A model generated the notes under the pieces. It searched no databases, was not told the DNA's origin, and worked only from the letters and a program-made list of their open reading frames with translations. Below are positions 19,116 to 28,502 of a stretch of 64,000 bases of DNA, piece after piece (positions within the stretch are counted from its first letter, which is position 1; each line of letters opens with the position of its first letter). Both the position numbers and the translations under genes were made by a program. This DNA comes from Candidatus Aegiribacteria sp. (GTDB taxonomy: Bacteria > Fermentibacterota > Fermentibacteria > Fermentibacterales > JCC-6), in NCBI GenBank assembly GCA_030620995.1, contig JAUXIK010000001.1, forward strand, positions 65,796 to 129,795, in the 5' to 3' direction.

Positions 19116-22100
19116 GTGATTCCCCGTCCTGTTCAGAAGCTTCTGCTCAGCGGGAAGCGATCATGTTCCTGCAGCAATTGCATACTGCTTCTTGATATGA
19201 ACGGTTTTACATCGATGACAGAACAACTTATGGAGCACGGAAAGGCCGGAGCAGAAATCCTCTCACAGATCCTTGGTAGAATTCTGTCAAGATCAATACA
19301 CGAAATCTACGGGCGAGGTGGCCTGATAGCACAATTTGAAGGTGATTCCATTATCGCGGTATTCCCGGAATATCCTCCAGTGGCTGCTTACAATGCGGCA
19401 ACATCTCTGATGGATTACTTCAAACAGAATTGCATCCGACGAACAAGATTCGGCACCTGGAAAGTATCAGCCTCATTTGCTCTTGCGCATGGTTCTGTTG
19501 AGTGGGGAATAGCAGGAAGAGAAAGACTGATTCACTATATCAGAGGTGACGCAATATCAAGGGCAGCCCTTCTGTCAAAGCAGGGAGACGCGGGTCAGCT
19601 ATTAATAGACACCAGTTTCTTCGAGTTTACAGGATACGGAAGCATTGAGGATTTTAATCACATTCCCCGGGACAGAACTGAAATCATCCATCAGGATTTG
19701 CAGAGGATTCAGAGAAAAGTTGCTTCAAAATTTGTTCCGGATCTTATCATTTCAAGCAAACTGACCGGAGAATTTCGAGAAATAACTACGGTCTTCCTGT
19801 CACTCAGAACCGGTGAATACGAAAACATAGATCATTCTGTGCGAAGCATTCTGGAAGCGGCTTCTTTCTATGGTGGTCACGTATGCGGTCTGCATTTTAC
19901 ATCTGATTATCCGGTTATCCTTGTTCTGTTCGGAGCGCCGGTCTCATGGGAAAACAATTCCGCTCGAGCATGCAGTTTCGCAAGCGAGTTAATAAAAAGC
20001 CAGTTCAGCAGCAGTATTCGAATCGGAATTGCTTCAGGAACAGTTTATGCCGGTATGACCGGTAACTCCAAAAGGTGTACCTATACGGTATACGGAGATG
20101 TAATCAATACGGCAGCAAGGCTTTTATTCAGAGCAGACTGGGGTGATATACTTGTCACTGAAAAAACCTGTGAGAAAGCCGGCAGTGAATATGTCTGGAG
20201 CGACATCACCAGCTTGATGCTGAGAGGAAAAACAGAAAGTACGAGAGCACGGAAACTATTGTACTGTCAGAACAATGGTATTAATCGCATTTATGAAGGA
20301 GAGATGGTCGGTCGTTCTGCAGAATTGAATTATATCATCAATCGTATTTCTCCTCTGAAACACGGGGCTTTCGCCGGGATGACTCTGGTCTATGGTGAAG
20401 CTGGAATTGGAAAATCCCGACTGCTTTTTGAAGCAGTTAAAACTCTTGCACCAATCTGTCAGACCGTGGTTCTGAAGTGTGATGATATTCTGAAGATCAG
20501 CCTGAATCCGTTCGAGTATTTTCTCAGGAATTACTTCCAGCAGAGCGATTCAAACACAACAGATTTCAATAAAAAACTATTTGAAGAAAAAATGAGATCT
20601 ATTGTTTCGATACTTGAATCCGGTTCACACACTTCTGAAAATAAAACCCTTGCTGAAGACCTGCGTCGATCAATATCCATTATAGGTTCATTGCTCGGAC
20701 ACTTCTGGAAAGATTCAGTTTTTGACAGGATGGAACCCGGGCAGAGATTCGAGAATATTGCCGTAGCAATCGAAACCTTCATCAGATATCTTTCTACTCT
20801 TAAACCTCTGATAATCCTCATCGAGGATCTACACTGGATGGACAGCGATTCAAAAAGACTGCTTCAAATGATAATAAAAGATACTAAACGCAATCCTGTC
20901 GCAATTCTGGTTTCCAGCAGATACCGGGACAATGGATCAAGACCGGAAACAGAAATAGAAGCTTTTATCAGCACTGAATCAATCGATCTTAATCCAATAG
21001 ATGAAAAGGCATCAGTATCTATCATTACAGCCAGACTCAATGCGGAATCCGGACCGGAGCTTACAAGATTCATACTGGACAGAACAGAGGGGAATCCATT
21101 CTATATAGACCAGTTCTGCATATATCTTAAGAATTCCGACATGATTACATTCAAGAGCGGCGCATGGCACTTGATAAAAAGAGAAGTGGAAGTTCCATCC
21201 GGAATAAAATCCATACTTGTAGCACGAATAGACCGTCTTCCCGGGAAATTGAGGTCTCTTGTACAGATAGCCTCAATACTGGGTCAGGAGTTTGATATCA
21301 GTGTACTTTCTGAAGTTTCCGGTGAGACAACCGTTAATTCCCTTCTCAGAAATGGTATCGAAGAGCGACTGTGGTCCAGAATTTCCGAAACGGAGTACTC
21401 TTTCAACCATGCTTTGTATCGTGACGCATCATACGGAATGATTCTTGAGAAGGAACTCAGAAAACATCACAGAAAAGCTGCTGAGACAATTATCAGACTC
21501 AACATTGATGACACCGAGCAGGTCGCAGGGAAAATCGCGTTCCATATGGATAACTCGGGGCAGAGTTCTGAAGCTCTTGACTGGGGATGGAAGGCACTGA
21601 CTGTCGCGGACCGGAATTACAGACTGTACGAATGCCTTGACTGGGTAAATAAGCTTCAGGAAAAGCTCATGACAGACAATGATTCCACCGGTAGAAATGA
21701 ACTGCTTCAGAGTGTGCTTTTCAAAAAGAACAGCGCTCTTTCAAATCTTGGCAGGCACAAGGAACAGAAAGAGAACATTGAACTTCTGAAAAAACTCTGC
21801 AGGGAAGAGAACTGGAAGGACAGGACTATTGATCTTCATATTATACAGGCGCACTATTACAGCAGTATCGGTAAAACCAACAAGGCATTTGCCCTGTATG
21901 AAAAGGGTCTATCTGCTGCTGAAAAAGCCGGAGATAAAAAAAGTGAAGCGATGATTCTCGATAACATCGGCATACTTCACAGAGGCGCAGGTAATATCGA
22001 TGAAGCTGAGAAGTGCTACAGGCGAGCTCTGAATTTTTATCGGGAAACCGGTGATCGAAGAGAAGAGGGAAAGACTTTAGGAAATCTGGCACTTCTTATC

Positions 22101-22775
22101 AGGCAACAGGGATTGAAGAGCAAATCGGAAACACTCTACAGAAAGGCGCTGAAAATACACAGAGAAGTAGGAAACCGCAGAGCTGAGGGTTATGTACTGA
22201 ACGGTCTTGGTAATCTTCAGGAGGATGATGAGAAAGCTCTGTTCTGGTTCAGAAATGCTTTGCGTATCAACCGGGAGGTTGGTGACAGGAGAGCGATTGC
22301 CATAGCACTGGGAAATATAGGCCAGATAGAATCCAATAGAGGAAACTACTCCACCGCGACGGATAATCTGAACATTGCCTTGAAGATATTCAGAGAAATA
22401 GATAACCTGCCGCTTCAAGCTGGAACGCTCCAGATATTCGGGGAGATGTACATCCTGCAGGGAAAACTGCGAGAAGCTCACAAATGCCTTCAGGACTCGC
22501 TTGAAATAACCAGACAGACCGGTAGAAAAAGACTCGAAACTATGGTAACAGTTCAACTCGGTCTGGTATCTGCTTTGAAGGGGGACACTGAAAAAGCACT
22601 GAGACTCTATTCCACGGCTTACGATTTTATTATGAAGCATGAATTTTCGAAAGAAATCAATGAGGATTTCAGCAGATTGCGCTCCCTCCTTCTGAAGACT
22701 GATGTAGAAGAGGATAACCTTCCCTGGCCGGATATCTGGGATATACAGGAATCCAAGCCTAACGAACGCGGGTGA
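19116..22775 (+). CDS. signalling protein: tandem class III nucleotidyl-cyclase homology domains, AAA/STAND P-loop NTPase and TPR array
   Basis: 1219 aa. CHD1 has LLLDMNGFT and FEGDSIIAVF, and CHD2 has YTVYGDVINTAARL. The P-loop is GEAGIGKSRL and the C-terminal third has many TPR repeats. The start is GTG at 19116, or CTG at 19107 with a GGGAG SD. Confidence 0.9.
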   Translation: MIPRPVQKLLLSGKRSCSCSNCILLLDMNGFTSMTEQLMEHGKAGAEILSQILGRILSRSIHEIYGRGGLIAQFEGDSIIAVFPEYPPVAAYNAATSLMDYFKQNCIRRTRFGTWKVSASFALAHGSVEWGIAGRERLIHYIRGDAISRAALLSKQGDAGQLLIDTSFFEFTGYGSIEDFNHIPRDRTEIIHQDLQRIQRKVASKFVPDLIISSKLTGEFREITTVFLSLRTGEYENIDHSVRSILEAASFYGGHVCGLHFTSDYPVILVLFGAPVSWENNSARACSFASELIKSQFSSSIRIGIASGTVYAGMTGNSKRCTYTVYGDVINTAARLLFRADWGDILVTEKTCEKAGSEYVWSDITSLMLRGKTESTRARKLLYCQNNGINRIYEGEMVGRSAELNYIINRISPLKHGAFAGMTLVYGEAGIGKSRLLFEAVKTLAPICQTVVLKCDDILKISLNPFEYFLRNYFQQSDSNTTDFNKKLFEEKMRSIVSILESGSHTSENKTLAEDLRRSISIIGSLLGHFWKDSVFDRMEPGQRFENIAVAIETFIRYLSTLKPLIILIEDLHWMDSDSKRLLQMIIKDTKRNPVAILVSSRYRDNGSRPETEIEAFISTESIDLNPIDEKASVSIITARLNAESGPELTRFILDRTEGNPFYIDQFCIYLKNSDMITFKSGAWHLIKREVEVPSGIKSILVARIDRLPGKLRSLVQIASILGQEFDISVLSEVSGETTVNSLLRNGIEERLWSRISETEYSFNHALYRDASYGMILEKELRKHHRKAAETIIRLNIDDTEQVAGKIAFHMDNSGQSSEALDWGWKALTVADRNYRLYECLDWVNKLQEKLMTDNDSTGRNELLQSVLFKKNSALSNLGRHKEQKENIELLKKLCREENWKDRTIDLHIIQAHYYSSIGKTNKAFALYEKGLSAAEKAGDKKSEAMILDNIGILHRGAGNIDEAEKCYRRALNFYRETGDRREEGKTLGNLALLIRQQGLKSKSETLYRKALKIHREVGNRRAEGYVLNGLGNLQEDDEKALFWFRNALRINREVGDRRAIAIALGNIGQIESNRGNYSTATDNLNIALKIFREIDNLPLQAGTLQIFGEMYILQGKLREAHKCLQDSLEITRQTGRKRLETMVTVQLGLVSALKGDTEKALRLYSTAYDFIMKHEFSKEINEDFSRLRSLLLKTDVEEDNLPWPDIWDIQESKPNERG

Positions 22776-23994
22776 TCAGGCGGGAAATGTCTTTGAACAT
22801 TATCAGGACAAAGATCATCAGTATCAGAATCATACCGGTCTGCTGAATAATCTGAACATGTTTTTTGGAGATTGGTTTTCCTCGAATACCTTCACAGATA
22901 AGGATAACGATCTGTCCTCCATCCAGTATCGGGATTGGAAGAAGATTGAAAATCATGATGGCCAGTGAGATGCTTGCTATTGTCCAGAGGTAGCTTGGCA
23001 GTCCCGATCTTGCCTGCTGACCAAGTGTTTCCGCAACATAGATAGGTCCTCCCGAACTCTCTGCAAGTTCAGCGGGTTTTTTAATCAGCTTGATGAGTGT
23101 TACGCAAATGCCGACAGTTCCGCGTCCGGCAGCCTTTAATCCTTCCACAAAGGCTTCACCAGGCGGTAATTTCACTCTCTCAGAAGGTAATTGAACAGTT
23201 ACACCGGATAATATTTGTCCATCGTATTCGTGAGGCGTAACATAGACCGTATCCTTGATTCCATTCCTGCAGAAGGTTATTGCCAGTTCATCAGTGGTGC
23301 TGGTAACCATTCTCTGATAGTCATACCATATTGCCACAGATATGCCATTGATTGCCGTTATGCTGTCTCCTGCTCGAATACCTGATTCATAAGCCGGTAA
23401 GCCTATGATGGATTCTCCTATGACTACCGGAACAAGTGGATAAAACGGAATTGAATCCGGTGGGATTGAGTATTCGACATCTTTTCTGCCCGGGTCAGAA
23501 CCTATGAGAAGAGTGCCCTCGGGAGATTCAATCAGTTTGTTCAGCATTCCATAATAGTCAGCCACAGGAGCACCGTTGACTGAAAGTACCGTGTCACCGA
23601 CACCAAGTCCGAAAAGATTGTCAGAGTTTCCAACTATCGCAGGAGAAATGGAAATATCCCAGCCCACCACACCGAAAATGAGGATGAGGATTACAGCGGT
23701 GAGTACAAGATTCGCAAATGGACCCGCGAGCGCGACAAGAGAACGCTTGAACCAGGATATATCCTCAACCGGATCGCCTGTTGTCCCGAGATTAACCTTG
23801 ACATACCCTCCAAGCGGTACCGCGCCGATGCAGTATTCAGTATCTCCCAGTTTCTTCCTGAAAATAAAGGGAGGAAAGCCGATGGAGAATCTTGGAACAT
23901 CAAGACCGACTGCCTTCGCCATGAGAAAATGCCCCATCTCATGAAAGAATACAATCACTCCCAGTCCGAATATTATGGCAGCGACACTCAGCAT
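22759..23994 (-). CDS. rseP: RIP metalloprotease RseP (site-2 protease, M50) with PDZ domains
   Basis: 411 aa. It has HEMGHFLMAK and the C-terminal NLLPIPILDGG motif. Confidence 0.9.
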   Translation of the reverse strand: MLSVAAIIFGLGVIVFFHEMGHFLMAKAVGLDVPRFSIGFPPFIFRKKLGDTEYCIGAVPLGGYVKVNLGTTGDPVEDISWFKRSLVALAGPFANLVLTAVILILIFGVVGWDISISPAIVGNSDNLFGLGVGDTVLSVNGAPVADYYGMLNKLIESPEGTLLIGSDPGRKDVEYSIPPDSIPFYPLVPVVIGESIIGLPAYESGIRAGDSITAINGISVAIWYDYQRMVTSTTDELAITFCRNGIKDTVYVTPHEYDGQILSGVTVQLPSERVKLPPGEAFVEGLKAAGRGTVGICVTLIKLIKKPAELAESSGGPIYVAETLGQQARSGLPSYLWTIASISLAIMIFNLLPIPILDGGQIVILICEGIRGKPISKKHVQIIQQTGMILILMIFVLIMFKDISRLITRVR

Positions 23995-25100
23995 AATTTA
24001 CTCACAATTCCGGCCGCAACGGTTCTTGCATTCCTGTCAGCCTCGAGTACATCCTCAAGACTCCGGATATGATAGGATCGATGAAGGGACAGTACTTCAT
24101 CAATGATTTCCGCAATATTACCAAAGAGAATTCTGCCATCTAGAAATGCTTGAACAGCAACCTCATCTGCTGCATTTGCCACAGCAGGGAAAGTCTTTCC
24201 ATCGATTCCGGTCTGAACAACAGTATTGAATGCAGGGTACCTTTCCTCATCCATCCTGCTGAACGCCAGTGTTCCCCAGTCAAAGGGTTTATCACCGGCA
24301 ATTACATCAAGTTCCCTGTCCGGCCACTCCAGCGCGAATTGAATCGGTATCCTCATGTCCGGCTGACCGAGCAGCGCTTTCCATGAGCCGTCCTCGAGTC
24401 TGATGAATGAATGCACAATACTCTGTGGATGAATTACCACCTCAACAGGAATATTCTCGAACAGCCAGCCGGCTTCTATAACCTCGTATGCTTTGTTAAC
24501 CATGGTTGCAGAATCCACAGTGATCCTCGCACCCATTTCCCATGTTGGATGTTTGAGAATCCGCTCGGGTCCTGCAGTCCTGATTTCATCAATTGGCATC
24601 AAAAGTACGGAACCGCCACTCGCAGTTAAAGTAATCCCTCTGACAGGTCTTTTCTCTGACTGAAGACATCTTTCAATTGTACTGTGCTCGCTGTCTACCG
24701 GTATTACTTTCCCTGCCTTCAGATGATCTCTCAGAAGTTCACCACCGATAACAAGGCTCTCCTTGTTCGCAAGCGCAAGCGGTATATCCAGTTTCTGACA
24801 GAGAATGCTGGCTCTGAGCCCGGCACTTCCAACTATTGCGTTGAGAACTATGTCAGCGCCTTCAACAGCCTGATCAAGAACTTCCGCGCCTTTAATGATA
24901 TCAGGCGGGATATTTCCTTCGGGTGATACAATTGCGCTTATGGAAGGGAGAAATTTCTCCTTCTGCTGTAGAAGAAGGCCGATGTTTCTCCTGCATAGAA
25001 TTGAATGAAGTTCAAGATCCGGCCTGGCATCAATTATTTCCAGTGCCTGTTTACCGACAGAGCCGGTACTGCCGAGAACCGCGACTTTTCTGATACTCAT
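23988..25100 (-). CDS. dxr: 1-deoxy-D-xylulose 5-phosphate reductoisomerase
   Basis: 370 aa. It has GSTGSVGKQAL, LANKESLV and VDSEHS motifs. Confidence 0.95.
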   Translation of the reverse strand: MSIRKVAVLGSTGSVGKQALEIIDARPDLELHSILCRRNIGLLLQQKEKFLPSISAIVSPEGNIPPDIIKGAEVLDQAVEGADIVLNAIVGSAGLRASILCQKLDIPLALANKESLVIGGELLRDHLKAGKVIPVDSEHSTIERCLQSEKRPVRGITLTASGGSVLLMPIDEIRTAGPERILKHPTWEMGARITVDSATMVNKAYEVIEAGWLFENIPVEVVIHPQSIVHSFIRLEDGSWKALLGQPDMRIPIQFALEWPDRELDVIAGDKPFDWGTLAFSRMDEERYPAFNTVVQTGIDGKTFPAVANAADEVAVQAFLDGRILFGNIAEIIDEVLSLHRSYHIRSLEDVLEADRNARTVAAGIVSKLC

Positions 25101-25921
25101 AGGGAACTCCCTGCAGATCCGTAGAACATAAGTATGAGCCAGACCACAGGAACTACAGCAAGAATGCTGTCAAACCGGTCAAGTACACCTCCGTGCCCCG
25201 AAAGAATTGAGCCGGTGTCCTTTATGCCGACGTCTCTTTTCAGAGCGGATTCAAACAGATCCCCTGCAGCAGCAGCGATACCACCTGCTATTCCGGTCGC
25301 GACCATTAGAAACAGTGGCAATCCTGCTCCGGTTGTACCGGCGAACACTGCTCCCGCAACAGCTCCCGCTATACCCGCAATGAAACCCTCCCAGGATTTT
25401 GCCGGGCTGACAGCGGGTGCCAGTTTGTGTTTCCCGAAAGCACTTCCGATGAAATAGGCCATCGAATCTGCAATCCAGCACAAAATAAGCGGTATAAATA
25501 GAATCCAGGGCGACTCAAAATCAAGTCTTAATCTTGCCAGAAGGCCAAAACCGAGTGCGATAACGACCATAATTCCGGTGCTGCCGGCAATCCTTTTTCC
25601 AGCATCGGTAACACCATCTCCAAGAACCCACCAGAGTGACATTACGATCCCCGGAATCAGAAGTATCACTAAAGCGAAAGCAGGATCAAGCAAAGAAACA
25701 GACGCAGCTGCACCACCAGCAAGTATCGCTCCTCCTGCTTTCTTTGAAATCCCTGCACCTGAGTCGAGAAGAGAAATCGCCTCTGATCCACACAATGCCG
25801 CTATCGATGAAAAGAATATAACTGTAAGAATCGGTGTATTCAGAAGAGCTACCGCAACAAATAGTCCAATACCGGGAACGGCAATGGCAATTCTATTCAC
25901 AAGTGAATGAAATGGCTTCAT
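25097..25921 (-). CDS. cdsA: phosphatidate cytidylyltransferase
   Basis: 274 aa polytopic protein with the signature SALKRDVGIKDTGSILSGHGGVLDRFDS. Confidence 0.9.
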   Translation of the reverse strand: MKPFHSLVNRIAIAVPGIGLFVAVALLNTPILTVIFFSSIAALCGSEAISLLDSGAGISKKAGGAILAGGAAASVSLLDPAFALVILLIPGIVMSLWWVLGDGVTDAGKRIAGSTGIMVVIALGFGLLARLRLDFESPWILFIPLILCWIADSMAYFIGSAFGKHKLAPAVSPAKSWEGFIAGIAGAVAGAVFAGTTGAGLPLFLMVATGIAGGIAAAAGDLFESALKRDVGIKDTGSILSGHGGVLDRFDSILAVVPVVWLILMFYGSAGSSL

Positions 25922-26664
25922 CAGTTACCGCCAATATCTCCAAAACGTCTCCGCCTGGCCCCGTAGTCCGCGAAAGCTTCCTGCAGGTGTTTCCGTCTGA
26001 AATCAGGCCACAGAGTATCGGCAAAATACAATTCTGAATACACTGACTCCCATAGAAGGAAGTTGGAAAGCCTTTTCTCTCCGCTTGTGCGAATTATCAA
26101 ATCAGGATCGGGTACGTCAGGAAGGTACATGTACGAAGTGATTGATTCTTCTGTAATATCCATCGCGGATTTACTTCCGGTTTCAATATCAGCGGTCAGA
26201 CGTTTCACGGCATCGACTATTTCGGCTCTGCCTCCGTAGCTCAATGCGAGAATCAGATTCAGACCCTGATTCGATTCTGTCCTGGCAATCGCTGCGTCAA
26301 GATCAGCCCGTGGTTTTGAAGGAAGGTCATCCAGTCTGCCAGCTGCGCGAATTTTAACATCTTTTCTGTCAAGATTTTCAATGTTTCTTTTTATGAATCT
26401 GCTGAGAAGGAACATTATGAAACTGACTTCAGCTTTAGGGCGTTTCCAGTTCTCGGTAGAAAAGGCGAACAGAGTAAGGTATTTGATTCCAATCTCACCG
26501 CAGTATTCAACTGCTTCATGAATGGATTCCTCGGCAGCTTTATGTCCATCAATTCTTGGGAGACCGCGGGATCTTGCCCAGCGACCGTTGCCGTCCATAA
26601 TAATACCAACATGGGTGAGCAAAGAGTTATCAGACCTCAAGAATGTCAGCTTCCTTCGCCTCAA
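25921..26664 (-). CDS. uppS: isoprenyl transferase (undecaprenyl-diphosphate synthase)
   Basis: 247 aa. It has IIMDGNGRWA and the FSTENWKRP, IRTSGEKRLSNFLLW motifs. The called start overlaps the frr 3' end by 35 nt, so the start is uncertain. Confidence 0.9.
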   Translation of the reverse strand: MRRRKLTFLRSDNSLLTHVGIIMDGNGRWARSRGLPRIDGHKAAEESIHEAVEYCGEIGIKYLTLFAFSTENWKRPKAEVSFIMFLLSRFIKRNIENLDRKDVKIRAAGRLDDLPSKPRADLDAAIARTESNQGLNLILALSYGGRAEIVDAVKRLTADIETGSKSAMDITEESITSYMYLPDVPDPDLIIRTSGEKRLSNFLLWESVYSELYFADTLWPDFRRKHLQEAFADYGARRRRFGDIGGN

Positions 26665-27187
26665 GCAGTCTGTCTATCTCGGAAATGGCATTATCTGCTG
26701 ATTCCTGTATGTCGTTCAGAGCTTTGCGCTCTTCATCCTCGGTAATCTCGCTTGCTTTGCTGGCCTTATGCAGTAATTCGTTACCACTTCTCCTGATATT
26801 CCTGATAGCTGTTCTTCCCAATTCTGCCATCGTTTTGACATGACGGCTCAGTTCCTTTCTGCGATCATCGGAGAGTTTTGGCACGGGGATCCGTATAACC
26901 GGACCGTCCGAAACAGCTCTGAGTCCAAGGTCTGATTTCTGAATCGCTCTTACTATGGCATCAGATGTTGACGGATCGAAAGGTTGAATAACGATAAGCC
27001 TTGGTTCCGGAGCTGAAAGACCGGCAACCTGCTTTATCGGATGCTGTCCTCCCCAGCATTCCACCCGGATATTGTCAAGCAGAGCCGGGCTGGCTTTCCC
27101 GGTTCTGATAACAGCCATTTCACGGGCAGTACTTTCTACAGTTTTCTTCATTTTACTTTTCTGATCGACAATAAGCTCGGTCACCAT
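26630..27187 (-). CDS. frr: ribosome recycling factor
   Basis: 185 aa, consistent in length and sequence with Frr (RTGKASPALLDNIRVE ... IPVPKLSDDRRKEL). Confidence 0.95.
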   Translation of the reverse strand: MVTELIVDQKSKMKKTVESTAREMAVIRTGKASPALLDNIRVECWGGQHPIKQVAGLSAPEPRLIVIQPFDPSTSDAIVRAIQKSDLGLRAVSDGPVIRIPVPKLSDDRRKELSRHVKTMAELGRTAIRNIRRSGNELLHKASKASEITEDEERKALNDIQESADNAISEIDRLLEAKEADILEV

Positions 27188-27906
27188 GAATCTTTCCCCC
27201 CAACAATACTTCCAATAGACGGTTCTGAAAGAATCCTGACGATATTTGCCGGATCCCTTATATCAAAAATACTGATAGGAAGTTCGGCATCGCGACAGAT
27301 GGCAACAGCGGCAGCATCCATAACCTTCAGATCAAGTTTGAGAACCTCCTCGAACGATAGCTGCGCAAACCGTTTCGCATCGGGATTATGCTCCGGATCA
27401 CTATCGTAAATGCCATCGACTTTCGTACCTTTCAGCAACAGAGAACATCCTGTCTGAACCGCTCTGAGCGCTGCCGCAGTGTCTGTTGTAAGGCATGGAT
27501 TGCCGGTTCCGCCGGCATAAATGACAACATATCCTCGTTCAAGGAAGTCATTCGCCAGGCGGGATGAGAAGAATTCCACAAAACCGGGCATCTGAATGGC
27601 AGAAAGCACGACAGCATTGCCACCGTGCTTCTCAATAGCGTTTCTCAGTGCAAGACTGTTAATTACAGTTGCAATCATTCCCATCTGGTCTCCGGTGATT
27701 CGATCTACTGACAAAAGATCTCTTCCGCGGATGAAATTGCCCCCACCGGTTACAATTCCAACCTGAATACCATCTGAAACAAGGTCCATCAAGGACTCTG
27801 TCAGTCTCTTTACCGTAAGAGAATCAATCCCGTGACCAGCTTCGCCAGCAAGAACCTCTCCACTTATTTTCAGGAGAATCCTGACAGTCTGGTCTTCCTC
27901 TTTCAT
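27181..27906 (-). CDS. pyrH: UMP kinase
   Basis: 241 aa. It has ILLKISGEVLAG, VTGGGNFIRG and VDGIYDSDP motifs. Confidence 0.95.
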   Translation of the reverse strand: MKEEDQTVRILLKISGEVLAGEAGHGIDSLTVKRLTESLMDLVSDGIQVGIVTGGGNFIRGRDLLSVDRITGDQMGMIATVINSLALRNAIEKHGGNAVVLSAIQMPGFVEFFSSRLANDFLERGYVVIYAGGTGNPCLTTDTAAALRAVQTGCSLLLKGTKVDGIYDSDPEHNPDAKRFAQLSFEEVLKLDLKVMDAAAVAICRDAELPISIFDIRDPANIVRILSEPSIGSIVGGKDSW

Positions 27907-28502
27907 CAGATTCCTATGGAAAATCTGGCGAACCGACTGATAACTATGTTTTCACGAAGTTTCGCTATCAGATTGGTAAGTGCATCTTTAACTGTTCCTA
28001 CGTCAGGATCATCTGCCCATTCCTGATCAAGAAGACAGGCTTCCGAGTAATATTTGTCCAGACGTCCTTCAATGATCTTCTCAATGATGTTAGCCGGTTT
28101 ACCTGAATCTTTCAGCTGCGCAAGAAGTACTTTTTTCTCAGCTTCAATTTCTTCCTCAGGCAGGTCATTGCGGGATACAACATTTGGAGGATATGCCGCT
28201 ATGTGCATCGCAACCTTTTTGGCAAACTTCTGGAAATCATCGGTTCTGGCAACGAAATCAGTTTCACAGTTAATCTCTACCAGCACTCCCAGTTTGCCGG
28301 GAGGATGTATGTATGATACAACCAACCCCTCCGAAGCTTCTCTGTGAGCTTTCCTGGATGCTACTTTAACACCCTTTTCCCGAAGGAAAGAAATTGCTCC
28401 CTGCATGTCTCCGTTACTTTCTTCGAGCGCTTTCTTGCAGTCCATCATTCCTGCTCCAGTGGCTTTTCTCAGTTGTTTCAGATGATCCAGATTAACGGAC
28501 AT
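27906..28502 (-). CDS. tsf: translation elongation factor Ts (short form)
   Basis: 198 aa with the N-terminal UBA-like LRKATGAGMMDCKKALEESNGDM. It lies within the rpsB-tsf-pyrH synteny. Confidence 0.93.
   Translation of the reverse strand: MSVNLDHLKQLRKATGAGMMDCKKALEESNGDMQGAISFLREKGVKVASRKAHREASEGLVVSYIHPPGKLGVLVEINCETDFVARTDDFQKFAKKVAMHIAAYPPNVVSRNDLPEEEIEAEKKVLLAQLKDSGKPANIIEKIIEGRLDKYYSEACLLDQEWADDPDVGTVKDALTNLIAKLRENIVISRFARFSIGI

Noticed and set aside
22077-22640. 187-aa minus-strand ORF.
   Set aside because: It is antisense to the TPR region of the cyclase-STAND gene. The repetitive TPR coding sequence commonly keeps antisense frames open.
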